Part shown: piece after piece, positions 29,324 to 38,656 of the stretch
Layout: every line of letters starts with the position of its first letter
Numbering within the stretch: the stretch's first letter is position 1
Assembly: GCA_965659745.1 (NCBI GenBank)
Contig: CBFHXF010000002.1
Location: forward strand, 2,676 to 66,675
Origin: Bacteroidia bacterium
GTDB lineage: Bacteria; Bacteroidota; Bacteroidia; NS11-12g; UBA955
Direction of reading: 5' to 3'
DNA length: 64,000 nucleotides
Translations under genes and position numbers: made by a program
Notes under the pieces: model-generated
Database searches by the model: none
What the model was told of the DNA's origin: nothing
What the model saw: the letters and a program-made list of their open reading frames with translations, nothing else

Positions 29324-30292
29324 TTATAATGCTTGATAGCGGCGCTTTACTTTTTCACATACCACCTCTATCATATCGGCTACGTCTAAAAGATGGTTTA
29401 AATTTGAGGATGGCAATTGCTGTTTATCTATGTTGTCTATAAAACTTTGTAAATCTAATTTTCGCGCGTTGTATGGCGATATATGCCGCTCTAAAGTAAT
29501 ACGGTTTTCTGTATTGGGTGATTGTTCTGGATAAAAATCCATTTCTAGGGATAGCTGATCGCTTGAAAGTGACATTCGCGATTCGCTCAATTGATTTTCT
29601 GCAAGGTCTATCTCTAACATATTCTCTTTTTGATAAACGAGAATTCTATGGGTGTTTTTATTAATGGCGCGACCCACTGAAACATGACATATAGCATCGT
29701 TGTGAAATTCAATATGTATGTTGAGTAAATCGGGATCTTCTCCAAACAAGAACATCGGCCTCGCAGAAATGCTTCGAATAGGCGACTTCATGATGCGTTG
29801 CATCAAATCAAACTCTTCAGACAGATTTTCAAAAATCCAATTATCAAATTGCCCTTTTTTGGGTACAGGACCATGTTTTTCAACGCGAATAAATCGGGGT
29901 TTATTGATAAGTTGCAGTGCCGAACTGATAATCGGGAGCCCGAATAGGGTATTGCCGAATTGAAAAACGGTGCGACTTTCAATTCGTAACTTTTCAATTT
30001 CTTCAATCTCACCGCTCGACCATCCGCGAAAACCATCTACGAAAACGTGTTTTCCAAACCGGATCATCTGTCTAATAATTTCAAAATCTAGCGTATTGAC
30101 GTCTTTGCAAACGATAAAGGCATCTCCTTTTTGAATCAATTCCATCATTTGAAAGAAATCATCAAACATATTTTGATTTCCGGAATCGTCAGGATCGATA
30201 TATCCGACGATACTAACTCCTTTGAAACGAGCAAGTTCGTTGGTGTATTCTTGCGTAGAGAGGGAAGAACCCAAAAGGATTACCTTTTTCAT
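29324..30292 (-). CDS. Gfo/Idh/MocA-like protein with degenerate dinucleotide-binding motif, function unknown
   Basis: MKKVILLGSSLSTQEY...IVGYIDPD and FGKHVFVD follow the Gfo/Idh/MocA N-terminal layout, but GxGxxG is replaced by GSSLST. I trimmed the ORF-track start (30421, which overlaps pcm) to the ATG at 30292. Confidence 0.4.
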   Translation of the reverse strand: MKKVILLGSSLSTQEYTNELARFKGVSIVGYIDPDDSGNQNMFDDFFQMMELIQKGDAFIVCKDVNTLDFEIIRQMIRFGKHVFVDGFRGWSSGEIEEIEKLRIESRTVFQFGNTLFGLPIISSALQLINKPRFIRVEKHGPVPKKGQFDNWIFENLSEEFDLMQRIMKSPIRSISARPMFLFGEDPDLLNIHIEFHNDAICHVSVGRAINKNTHRILVYQKENMLEIDLAENQLSESRMSLSSDQLSLEMDFYPEQSPNTENRITLERHISPYNARKLDLQSFIDNIDKQQLPSSNLNHLLDVADMIEVVCEKVKRRYQAL

Positions 30293-30385
30293 TAATGCAA
30301 TTGTTCTAACTTTGTGAGAAGCAAAAATGCTGAAAGTAACGATTAATGAAAAAACCGATTTCACACACATTGTGAAGAATGCAAT

Positions 30386-31036
30386 ATGATAGACACCGCT
30401 GTACATCAAGGTCGTAGACATAAGTTAGTTAGGGAGTTAGCTTCGAAAGGTATTGAAAATAGTGCCGTTTTATCTGCCATGGTGAAAGTGCCCCGTCATT
30501 TCTTTTTCCCAAAAGACTTCGAGCAATATGCATACCGAGATGCCGCTTTTCCTATTGGCCATGATCAAACTATTTCTCAACCTTTTACCGTGGCGTACCA
30601 ATCGCAACTTATTGATATACAAAAAGGAGAGAGAGTTTTAGAAATTGGTACTGGCAGTGGATATCAGGCCGCCGTATTATTGGAAATGGGGGTTGAATTG
30701 TATAGTATTGAATACATAAAGCCACTTTTGCAAAAAGCGGCTGAATTACTTAAGAAATACAAAGGGAATGTGCATCTTATCCATGGAGACGGTAGTAAAG
30801 GGGTTCCAAAATACGCCCCCTATGATGCTATTATAGTCACCGCAGGTGCCCCTACCATTCAAAATGAATTGCTTAAACAACTAAAAATCGGCGGGAAATT
30901 GGTAATTCCCGTAGGTGATGAAAAAGAAAAACAACGCATGCATCGCCTAACACGTATGTCTGAAAATAAATTTCACAGAGAAGTGCTTGGCGATTTTAAA
31001 TTTGTGCCCTTAGTAGGAGATGGCGGCTGGAAATAA
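30386..31036 (+). CDS. pcm: protein-L-isoaspartate O-methyltransferase
   Basis: 216 aa with VPRHFFFP, TISQPFTVA and the SAM-binding motif VLEIGTGSGYQAAVL. Confidence 0.92.
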   Translation: MIDTAVHQGRRHKLVRELASKGIENSAVLSAMVKVPRHFFFPKDFEQYAYRDAAFPIGHDQTISQPFTVAYQSQLIDIQKGERVLEIGTGSGYQAAVLLEMGVELYSIEYIKPLLQKAAELLKKYKGNVHLIHGDGSKGVPKYAPYDAIIVTAGAPTIQNELLKQLKIGGKLVIPVGDEKEKQRMHRLTRMSENKFHREVLGDFKFVPLVGDGGWK

Positions 31037-32314
31037 TTAGTTCATGGCCGCTTCGATTTCCGCTGTTTCAATTGGGAAATCCGCCATCAAATCAACTATT
31101 TCACCGTTGTGTAACCAAACATCGTTTTCAATGCGAACCCCAATACCCTCTTCAGGAATGTATATTCCAGGCTCGATGGTCAATACCGAATCTTCGGGAA
31201 TCGGCTCAAATCGATGCATGACGTCATGTACATCCAATCCTAAATGATGGCTGGTACCATGCATGAAATATTTCAAATAGCTTTTAGGATTATTTTTAAT
31301 GTCTGCAGCTGAGAATAAGCCAAGTTGTACGAGTTTTTCATTGGTAAACGAGCACACTTGAGTATGGTAATCGGGCAATAACTGTCCGGGTTTTAAAATT
31401 GATTTAGCATAATTATGAACGTCTAAAACGGCATCGTATACCTCTTTTTGTCTGGGGGAAAATTTACCATTTACAGGAATGCAACGGGTACAATCGCCAT
31501 TGTAATTGGCGTATTCGGCCCCGAAATCGAGCAAAAGTAAATCGCCGTCATTGCAACGTTTATTATTTTCAATATAATGCAGAACACAAGCCGAAGAACC
31601 ACTAGCAATGATAGGATCAAAGGCAAATCCTTTACTGCGATTGCGAATGAACTCATGAATGATTTCTGCCTCTAATTCAAACTCCATAATACCGGGTTTC
31701 ATGAATTTTAATGCCCGCATTAAACCTTTGTGGGTTATAGAAATAGCCTCTTTTAATAAATTAATTTCCAACTCAGATTTACGCATGCGCAAACGAGAAA
31801 TCACAGGTGCAATTCTTTTAAAATTATGCGCGGGATATCGTGATTTTAGTTCATTTGTTAGCCAAAGGTTGGAGTAGGGAACAGAGCTCGTAAATCTATC
31901 ATTTTCATTGAGATTTACCCAGATAGTTTCCGCCATTAACATGACGGCATGAATGGTTTGCCAAAATTCATGATACCAAAAAACAGATTGTACTCCCGAG
32001 GTTTCAAATACCTCATTTGGATTCAATCTAGCCCCATCCCAAACGGCTATTTTTTCATTGGTTTCTTTAACGAAGATAAATTCACGGAATTGCGGATTCG
32101 GACAATCAGGGAAAAGCACGAGTATGGTGTCTTCTTGGTCTACTCCGCTCAAATAAAATAAATCGCTTTGCTGTCTAAAACTGAAAAAGGCATCTCCGTT
32201 ACGGGGCGTTTCCCAATTACTGTGAAACAGAGCCATTCCCCCGCTGGGTATTTCTTGACTTAATTTTTTACGATTTTGAATGAAAAGTTCTTTGGGGATG
32301 CTGTTATATTTCAT
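31037..32314 (-). CDS. pepP: Xaa-Pro aminopeptidase (M24B family)
   Basis: 425 aa with metal-ligand regions LLDFGAEY, HGTSHHLGLDVHD, EPGIY and VRIEND. Confidence 0.85.
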   Translation of the reverse strand: MKYNSIPKELFIQNRKKLSQEIPSGGMALFHSNWETPRNGDAFFSFRQQSDLFYLSGVDQEDTILVLFPDCPNPQFREFIFVKETNEKIAVWDGARLNPNEVFETSGVQSVFWYHEFWQTIHAVMLMAETIWVNLNENDRFTSSVPYSNLWLTNELKSRYPAHNFKRIAPVISRLRMRKSELEINLLKEAISITHKGLMRALKFMKPGIMEFELEAEIIHEFIRNRSKGFAFDPIIASGSSACVLHYIENNKRCNDGDLLLLDFGAEYANYNGDCTRCIPVNGKFSPRQKEVYDAVLDVHNYAKSILKPGQLLPDYHTQVCSFTNEKLVQLGLFSAADIKNNPKSYLKYFMHGTSHHLGLDVHDVMHRFEPIPEDSVLTIEPGIYIPEEGIGVRIENDVWLHNGEIVDLMADFPIETAEIEAAMN

Positions 32315-32336
32315 TGTTATGTCAGTTTTTCTTACA

Positions 32337-32344
32337 CAAAAATA
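32337..32344 (-). promoter_or_regulatory. -7 promoter box (TATTTTTG) for pepP
   Basis: Matches TAnnTTTG 22 nt upstream of the ATG at 32314. Confidence 0.4.
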
Positions 32345-32541
32345 AGCAACTAATGTCGAATTAATCCGAATTTAAACGTTTATATGAGTTGTTTTTGTGA
32401 TAATATTCGTTTTAAGTAATTGATATATATTGTTTTAATTTGATTGACGAGAGCTTTTTCATATTGAGGTTTATTCAAAGGTCTATGGAATAAATCAGTG
32501 CTAATTCGGGGGGGCAATTTGTGCAATACTTATCAAAATCT

Positions 32542-32549
32542 TAAATTTG
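32542..32549 (+). promoter_or_regulatory. -7 promoter box (TAAATTTG) for the large adhesin gene
   Basis: Matches TAnnTTTG 54 nt upstream of the ATG at 32604. Confidence 0.45.
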
Positions 32550-32554
32550 AGGCA

Positions 32555-32576
32555 ACACGAAAATTGTTTTTCGTGT
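32555..32576 (+). promoter_or_regulatory. perfect 9-bp hairpin at the predicted 5' end of the adhesin mRNA
   Basis: The sequence is acacgaaaa-ttgt-ttttcgtgt. It starts about 5 nt after the -7 box. Confidence 0.4.
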
Positions 32577-32603
32577 CAATGTACTAGAACCAACATAATT
32601 AAT

Positions 32604-35600
32604 ATGAGAATAAAAATACCTATTCTGCTCTTTTTAGTGAGCTTATTGTTTACGAGTAAGCAAGTTAGTGCTACTCACATGATGGGTGCGGACATGAGTT
32701 ACCAATGTCTTGGAAATGGTAAGTATAAGATTATTGCCAAGGTGTATCGTGACTGTCGTGGTGTCTCTTTAAGTCCTGTCGCTTTCGGAGCCTTTGCAGG
32801 TACAAACGGAAGTAACCAATGCGGAAGCGTAAGTTTATCAGGCTTAACCAGAACAGGAATTCGTGATGTAACTACACGTTGTTCCTCCTCATCTAATCCA
32901 TGTAACCCGAAGAATACTTACGGAACAGGAAAAGGAGTTGAAGAACATACTTTTGAAGCAACTATTGACTTTACTAAATCGCCATTAAGTCAATTTGTGG
33001 GCAAAAGTGCCTGTTGCGAGGTAACGTTTCACGTAGGTCAATGTTGTCGAAATGGTGCTATTACTACGGGCGCGGCCAATGCGAATTTTTACACAACGTG
33101 TATGATTAACATTTGCAATATTGCTAAAATGGACAACAAATGCAACAGTTCTCCACAACTATCAAATGAGCCGGTTGGTTTCCTGTGTTGTAATACTCCA
33201 TGGTACTACAATAATGGCGCCGTAGATACAGTTGATTTTGATTCTATCTCATACAAGTTGGTAAAGGGATTGAGTGGATTGCCTGCCTCAGCAGTGAGTT
33301 ATTCTTCTCCATTTACAGAGCGTTATTTCATGACCCCATTCTGTATTCCACCATCTGCTACAAATATTAAATGTACGCCTAATATTAATGTGAATCCACC
33401 TCGTGGTTTATATTTCGATGAAGACAATGGTGATATCATTACTACTCCGATTAAATGTGATGAGGTACCGATCATGGTTATTCAGCAGACGGAGTTTCGA
33501 AAAGATACAACGGGCAAATGGCTGGTTGTTGGTAGAACCCGTCGTGATATGCAGATGTGGGTAATTGACGAATGTGGCTACAATAAACCTCCAATCATCA
33601 AAGGTCCATTTAACTGGAATATTTGTGAAGGAGAAAAAATTTGTAAGAAGATTAAAATAGAAGATGAGACATTTACCCCGAATCAAACCATTCCTGATAC
33701 GGTTTTGGCAACTTGGAACGGTGGTATTCCTGGGGCAACTTTTGAAGTTGTAGACCCTACTAAACGTGAGAAAGAGTATGAATTCTGTTGGGAAACCAAG
33801 GTAGGGGATGCTTCGGATGTATCATACACATTCACGGTTCGTGCAACAGATCAGCATTGCACACCTCCGATGATTTCTATCCGTTCTTTTAAAGTGAAAG
33901 TAAATCCAAAGGCTACCACAGATCGCAAATACGATACTTTAAAGTGCGGTCGCTTTGCATTCACAAGTAATATTCCCGGTGGCTTCAAAGGAAGTCCAAC
34001 ATATAATTGGAGTGTTCGTGATAGTTCTGGTAAAAAAGAACTGAAATTCAGTGGTAAAATGAGCGATACCATGAATTATTATTATGGTGGTAAATATATA
34101 ATTGTACATACTATAAATAATTCATTCAACTGTCCTACAATTTATCGTGATACAGTAGACCTTCCGGCTCCTCCTGTGGTGAGTATGTCAACTCAAGATT
34201 CATTTGCTTGCTTTGGTACGGATATTACCATGAAAGCAAATGTATTAAATGGAAAGCCCAATTATTCATACAAATGGGATCGATATACATATGATTACGA
34301 TTCGGTAAAACAAGATATCAAAGTAAAGAATCCTACACATGTTTCTGGAGATACTTTCCAATCTTTGAAATTTACTAAATTTCAGAAGGATACTGTTATT
34401 CGAGTACAAGTTACGGATGGTGATGGATGTATATTCTACGATACCGCTGCCATATTAGTGAAGCCGCTTCCTATTTTGAATTTGGGTCCAGATCCTCGTA
34501 TTTGTACTTATGAGAACTTTACGTTTGATGCGCAGAATGCAGATACGGTAGACTATTTTTGGAATACCGGAGATACAACACAAACGCTAAATGTGCACAT
34601 CGAAAAAGATTACAGCGTTACTGTAGTGGAACGTACGTGGTTATGTGAAGAAAAAGATACGGTGCACCTTTATGTAAATGATACGGCTATTGCATTGGCA
34701 GGATTGGATACTACTATTTGCCACCAGCAAAGTGCTAATATTATTGGAGGGCATAAACCAGCTGCAGAATCAGCGGTTTATGAATGGACCGATATAAGCG
34801 CTAGTAAAATTCTTGGATCTAAAAAAGATTATGTAGTGAATCCAAGAAATACTAATGCCAATGGAGGGGCCCTTCAATCATATAACTATTCAGTTTACGT
34901 TAAAGTAACTCAAGGCGGTCACACATGTGAAGATTATGATACTGTTACCGTAAGTGTAAACACATTGCCAGTCGTACAATGGTTGAAAAAGCCATTACCT
35001 TCAGAGTGTTTCGATTATGGAGATATAGAATTGAATAGTTTCTTAAACGTTGGAAAAACTAATGGAGTTCAAATTTGGGGTGGTACACTTCATAAGAGAA
35101 ATAATATGGTAGATAGTATGTTGCCCACACGCCATGTGTTTAAAACAACTAATCTGAACAACAGCCAATTGCAAAATGGTAAAAATTATTCTGAGGAAAT
35201 TTACGGATGGTATAAAGACGACAATGGTTGTATCAATTACGATTCAACGGTTCAACGTGTAGACGGTAATCCAATTCTTGAATTAAAAGACAAAATTTAC
35301 TGTCAAGATTTAGGAGAAGTTAAAATGGACGAAACGATTGTATTCCCTAAAACGAAGGCAGGTAAACAATTTGATTGGGTCGTTAAAGAATGGGCGAGTG
35401 GAACCGATTCTGCTAGCCTTCTAGTAAACCTTAATCCTTGGGGTACTCCTGATTGGAGGTTTAAATTTGGTTCTCCAACAGAAGATTTTTACCAAGGTGA
35501 TTATAAATTTAATTTGTGTATAGTTGATATCATCACAGGCTGTCAAAGTTGTGATACTGTTAATATTCAAATTATCGGTGAGCCCGTTGTAAGCGTTTTA

Positions 35601-37244
35601 ACTCCAGATCCTGTATGTGTAAACTGGGATACATTAGATTTGAATGAATATGTTACAGTAAATGGAATGAATGCGTCTGAAGTAACAGGTGGTCGATTCG
35701 AAGTGGGTGATGTTGATTATTCTAACTCTGATCCACGTGTAGGTATGCCATTACCACAAGGACACTTATTCCCACCTAACAAAGGACCAGGAGCATTTAA
35801 AATTCGTTATTATAATGACGGCACGGGATGTTTAAAAGTAGATAGTTTCTATGTGTATGTAAATGATACTCCAGATGCTGTTTTATTAGCTCCAATTACC
35901 CTATGTAGCTCAGGCCCCACTTTAGATTTGAATTCGCGAATCGACATGGGTAAAACCAAACCACAAAGTGGTGTGGCTGGCTGGGAAGGTCCTAACTTAG
36001 TGGGTTCAGTATTTACACCATTAAGTACCAATACATCTGAGATTGAAGGTCCTTACAACATGAAATTAGCTTACACCGATAATAATGGTTGTGCAGATAC
36101 GGAAATTTATCAAGTTTTCGTAAGAACCCAACCTGAAGTAAATATTACAACGGTAAAACCTTACCCACAGTGTGAGAATACACCTTTCCCTATACAAAGT
36201 GAAAGTAAGTTTAGTTTGAGCACAGTGAAATGGACATTGATGAATGGATCCGATGGATCTATTGATAATGAAAATGCAGAAAATATCGTTTATACCCATG
36301 GCGTAAATGACCAAGCCAATAAAATGGCGATGTTGAAAGTAACTACAGTTGCCATACCTAATGAGGTTTGTCCGCAAGTGAGTGATTCAATATTAGTGGT
36401 TATCCATCCGTACCCAATCCTAGAACCTCTATCTAAATTTGACGGTTGTGTACCATTATCTACCAATTGGGATGTAACTGAAACTGCTGGAATCCCATCC
36501 AACCAGTTGTCTTACCAATGGATTTTTGGAAATGGAGATTCTAGCACCGCTGCAAGTCCAGCAATGGTAATGTACCCCAACCAAGGTATTTACGATGTGA
36601 GTGTAACCGTTACTAACAATACTCCTGATGGTGGTAAGTGTGCTACTTCTATAAGCGGACCCCAAAATGTGCAAGTGTATCCGAATCCAGATGCATATTT
36701 TGAAACAGATCCCTCATACTCAACTACAGTAGCCTTGCCTAAGTTCACCATGATAAATAAGAGTCAAATTGAACAAAATCCATTTGCTCCAACCTTGCGT
36801 TATGTGTGGGATTTTGGAACTCAAGCTGGTGATACTGCCATGAGCGAGAATCCTAGATTTGCTTATTCACGTGATACAGGGGTGTATCGTATATTCTTGA
36901 CTGCAATAAGCAATCATGGATGTGTGGATACTTTCGGCAGAATGGTTCACATAGGTCCCGATATCATCGTTTTTGTTCCCGATGTATTTACACCTAACCA
37001 AGAAGGTCCAAATACCAATGAGCGTTTCAACCCGGTTGCTACCAACTATAAAACCTTTAGAATGATGATTTACAATCGCTGGGGTGAGAAGTTGTTTGAA
37101 ACCAACGATGCCAATTTGGGATGGGATGGTAAAGACCCTTCAGGTACCGATTGTATGCAAGGTGTTTACGTATACCACGTAGAAATAACTTCATTCGAAG
37201 ATAAAAAATACACCTACGATGGAACGATAACGCTTCTGCGATAA
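32604..37244 (+). CDS. giant cell-surface protein with T9SS type B C-terminal domain (gliding-motility-associated CTD)
   Basis: Signal peptide MRIKIPILLFLVSLLFTSKQVSA, then an N-terminal Cys-rich module THMMGADMSYQCLGNGKYKIIAKVYRDCRG. Many Ig/SprB-type repeats and a PKD-like unit (YQWIFGNGDSS) follow. The C-terminus VPDVFTPNQEGPNTNERFNP...IYNRWGEKLFE...GWDGK...GVYVYHV is the type B CTD signature. Confidence 0.85.
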   Translation: MRIKIPILLFLVSLLFTSKQVSATHMMGADMSYQCLGNGKYKIIAKVYRDCRGVSLSPVAFGAFAGTNGSNQCGSVSLSGLTRTGIRDVTTRCSSSSNPCNPKNTYGTGKGVEEHTFEATIDFTKSPLSQFVGKSACCEVTFHVGQCCRNGAITTGAANANFYTTCMINICNIAKMDNKCNSSPQLSNEPVGFLCCNTPWYYNNGAVDTVDFDSISYKLVKGLSGLPASAVSYSSPFTERYFMTPFCIPPSATNIKCTPNINVNPPRGLYFDEDNGDIITTPIKCDEVPIMVIQQTEFRKDTTGKWLVVGRTRRDMQMWVIDECGYNKPPIIKGPFNWNICEGEKICKKIKIEDETFTPNQTIPDTVLATWNGGIPGATFEVVDPTKREKEYEFCWETKVGDASDVSYTFTVRATDQHCTPPMISIRSFKVKVNPKATTDRKYDTLKCGRFAFTSNIPGGFKGSPTYNWSVRDSSGKKELKFSGKMSDTMNYYYGGKYIIVHTINNSFNCPTIYRDTVDLPAPPVVSMSTQDSFACFGTDITMKANVLNGKPNYSYKWDRYTYDYDSVKQDIKVKNPTHVSGDTFQSLKFTKFQKDTVIRVQVTDGDGCIFYDTAAILVKPLPILNLGPDPRICTYENFTFDAQNADTVDYFWNTGDTTQTLNVHIEKDYSVTVVERTWLCEEKDTVHLYVNDTAIALAGLDTTICHQQSANIIGGHKPAAESAVYEWTDISASKILGSKKDYVVNPRNTNANGGALQSYNYSVYVKVTQGGHTCEDYDTVTVSVNTLPVVQWLKKPLPSECFDYGDIELNSFLNVGKTNGVQIWGGTLHKRNNMVDSMLPTRHVFKTTNLNNSQLQNGKNYSEEIYGWYKDDNGCINYDSTVQRVDGNPILELKDKIYCQDLGEVKMDETIVFPKTKAGKQFDWVVKEWASGTDSASLLVNLNPWGTPDWRFKFGSPTEDFYQGDYKFNLCIVDIITGCQSCDTVNIQIIGEPVVSVLTPDPVCVNWDTLDLNEYVTVNGMNASEVTGGRFEVGDVDYSNSDPRVGMPLPQGHLFPPNKGPGAFKIRYYNDGTGCLKVDSFYVYVNDTPDAVLLAPITLCSSGPTLDLNSRIDMGKTKPQSGVAGWEGPNLVGSVFTPLSTNTSEIEGPYNMKLAYTDNNGCADTEIYQVFVRTQPEVNITTVKPYPQCENTPFPIQSESKFSLSTVKWTLMNGSDGSIDNENAENIVYTHGVNDQANKMAMLKVTTVAIPNEVCPQVSDSILVVIHPYPILEPLSKFDGCVPLSTNWDVTETAGIPSNQLSYQWIFGNGDSSTAASPAMVMYPNQGIYDVSVTVTNNTPDGGKCATSISGPQNVQVYPNPDAYFETDPSYSTTVALPKFTMINKSQIEQNPFAPTLRYVWDFGTQAGDTAMSENPRFAYSRDTGVYRIFLTAISNHGCVDTFGRMVHIGPDIIVFVPDVFTPNQEGPNTNERFNPVATNYKTFRMMIYNRWGEKLFETNDANLGWDGKDPSGTDCMQGVYVYHVEITSFEDKKYTYDGTITLLR

Positions 37245-37261
37245 AAGTAGCTTTATCAATA

Positions 37262-37302
37262 AAAAAGGGCCTTATCTATCTGGATAAGGCCCTTTTTGTT
37301 TT
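37262..37302 (+). terminator. rho-independent terminator after the adhesin gene
   Basis: An 11-bp stem pairs agggccttatc with gataaggccct, followed by ttttgtttt. Confidence 0.75.
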
Positions 37303-37402
37303 AAGGTGTATTAATCAGCAAAAGACATTTTCAGAAACACAATAGATAAAAAAGTGCACCTTTATTGGTTCATGTACGTTTCAATAATCAAAAAGAGAAA
37401 TT

Positions 37403-38641
37403 CTAAAAATGGGGTAGGGCATCGGCAACCAAGAAGGTACTTCCGCCAATAAATATAACTCCTGAATCTTTTAAGGCATTTTGTTGCGCATCGTTTAATG
37501 CGGATTGCATATCTGAATATGCGTTACTCTGTAAATCGTAGCCGCGCATTTCATTAGTTAGTAATTCTGCGTTATATCCACGAATTACGTTAGGTTTAAC
37601 AATGTAGTATTTCGCTTCTTTTGGAAGCAAAGCCAATATTTTACCTCGATCTTTATCGCTAACCATTCCCCAAATGATATGCTTTTGAGTTTTGGGGTGT
37701 TCTAATTCCAACTGAGACATCAAATAGGGCACTGCCTCAGCATTATGACCTGTGTCACAAACAATTGGCGGATTGGCCTTTAAACGTTCCCAGCGACCTC
37801 TTAAGCCGCTTAATTGGGGAACTAAACCTAAAGCCTGAATAACTATATCTTCAGAGATGTTGTATCCCAATTTTTGAAGTTGAACTAAAGCCGTATAGAC
37901 CGTATCTAAATTTTGAATTTGATAACTGCCTTTTAAAATAAGTGCGAACTTTAGTTTTTCAGGACTCTCCATACTTAAATGAAAGGGTGAATTTTCGGAT
38001 AGCGCTTTTTGACGTATTACCTCAAGTGCACTTCGGTCTATTGTGCGAGAACAAACAACGGGTATCTCGTTTTTAATAATACCCGCTTTTTCATTGGCAA
38101 TTGCTTCTAAGGTATTTCCGAGCATATCCATATGATCCCATCCAATAGATGTAATCACCGAAAGTTCGGGTTGAATAACATTGGTGCTATCTAAACGTCC
38201 GCCTAGTCCTACTTCTATTACCGCTATATCAACCTGTTGTTGCTTGAAATAATCAAATGCTAACGCCACGGTTAACTCGAAGAACGAGGGTTGTATTTGT
38301 TCTATTATTGATGAAGTTTTGTTAACGAAAGCAATTACATCGTCTTCGGGGATACAAATACCGTTTACACGAATGCGCTCTGTAAAGTCTATTAGATGGG
38401 GCGAAGTATATAGGCCTGTTTTATAACCCGATTGCGTTAAAACGGCCGCAAGCATGCTAGATACCGATCCTTTGCCATTAGTGCCCGCCACATGAATAAA
38501 CTTCATGCCGTGATGCGGATTTCCTAAGTGATCAAGTAATTTTATGGTATTGGTTAAATCCTTTTTGAAAGCCGCTTTACCCACATTTTGAAACATAGGT
38601 AATCTACTAAATAAATAGTCTAAGCACTCTTGGTAATTCAC
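37403..38641 (-). CDS. folC: bifunctional folylpolyglutamate synthase / dihydrofolate synthase
   Basis: 412 aa with the Mur-ligase P-loop HVAGTNGKGS, followed by SPHLIDFTERI. Confidence 0.9.
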   Translation of the reverse strand: MNYQECLDYLFSRLPMFQNVGKAAFKKDLTNTIKLLDHLGNPHHGMKFIHVAGTNGKGSVSSMLAAVLTQSGYKTGLYTSPHLIDFTERIRVNGICIPEDDVIAFVNKTSSIIEQIQPSFFELTVALAFDYFKQQQVDIAVIEVGLGGRLDSTNVIQPELSVITSIGWDHMDMLGNTLEAIANEKAGIIKNEIPVVCSRTIDRSALEVIRQKALSENSPFHLSMESPEKLKFALILKGSYQIQNLDTVYTALVQLQKLGYNISEDIVIQALGLVPQLSGLRGRWERLKANPPIVCDTGHNAEAVPYLMSQLELEHPKTQKHIIWGMVSDKDRGKILALLPKEAKYYIVKPNVIRGYNAELLTNEMRGYDLQSNAYSDMQSALNDAQQNALKDSGVIFIGGSTFLVADALPHF

Positions 38642-38656
38642 AAAATCAAATTAGGG

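Noticed and set aside
32547-32603. N-terminal extensions offered by the ORF track (also 42535-42591 rplU, 15450-15563 accB, 12375-12458 porV, 8735-8830 porP-like, 30293-30421 Gfo-like, 42429-42470 OM barrel)
   Set aside because: In each case a downstream ATG gives a canonical N-terminus or signal peptide. The extension is non-conserved-looking, often starts at TTG or GTG, and frequently contains the gene's own -7 promoter box.
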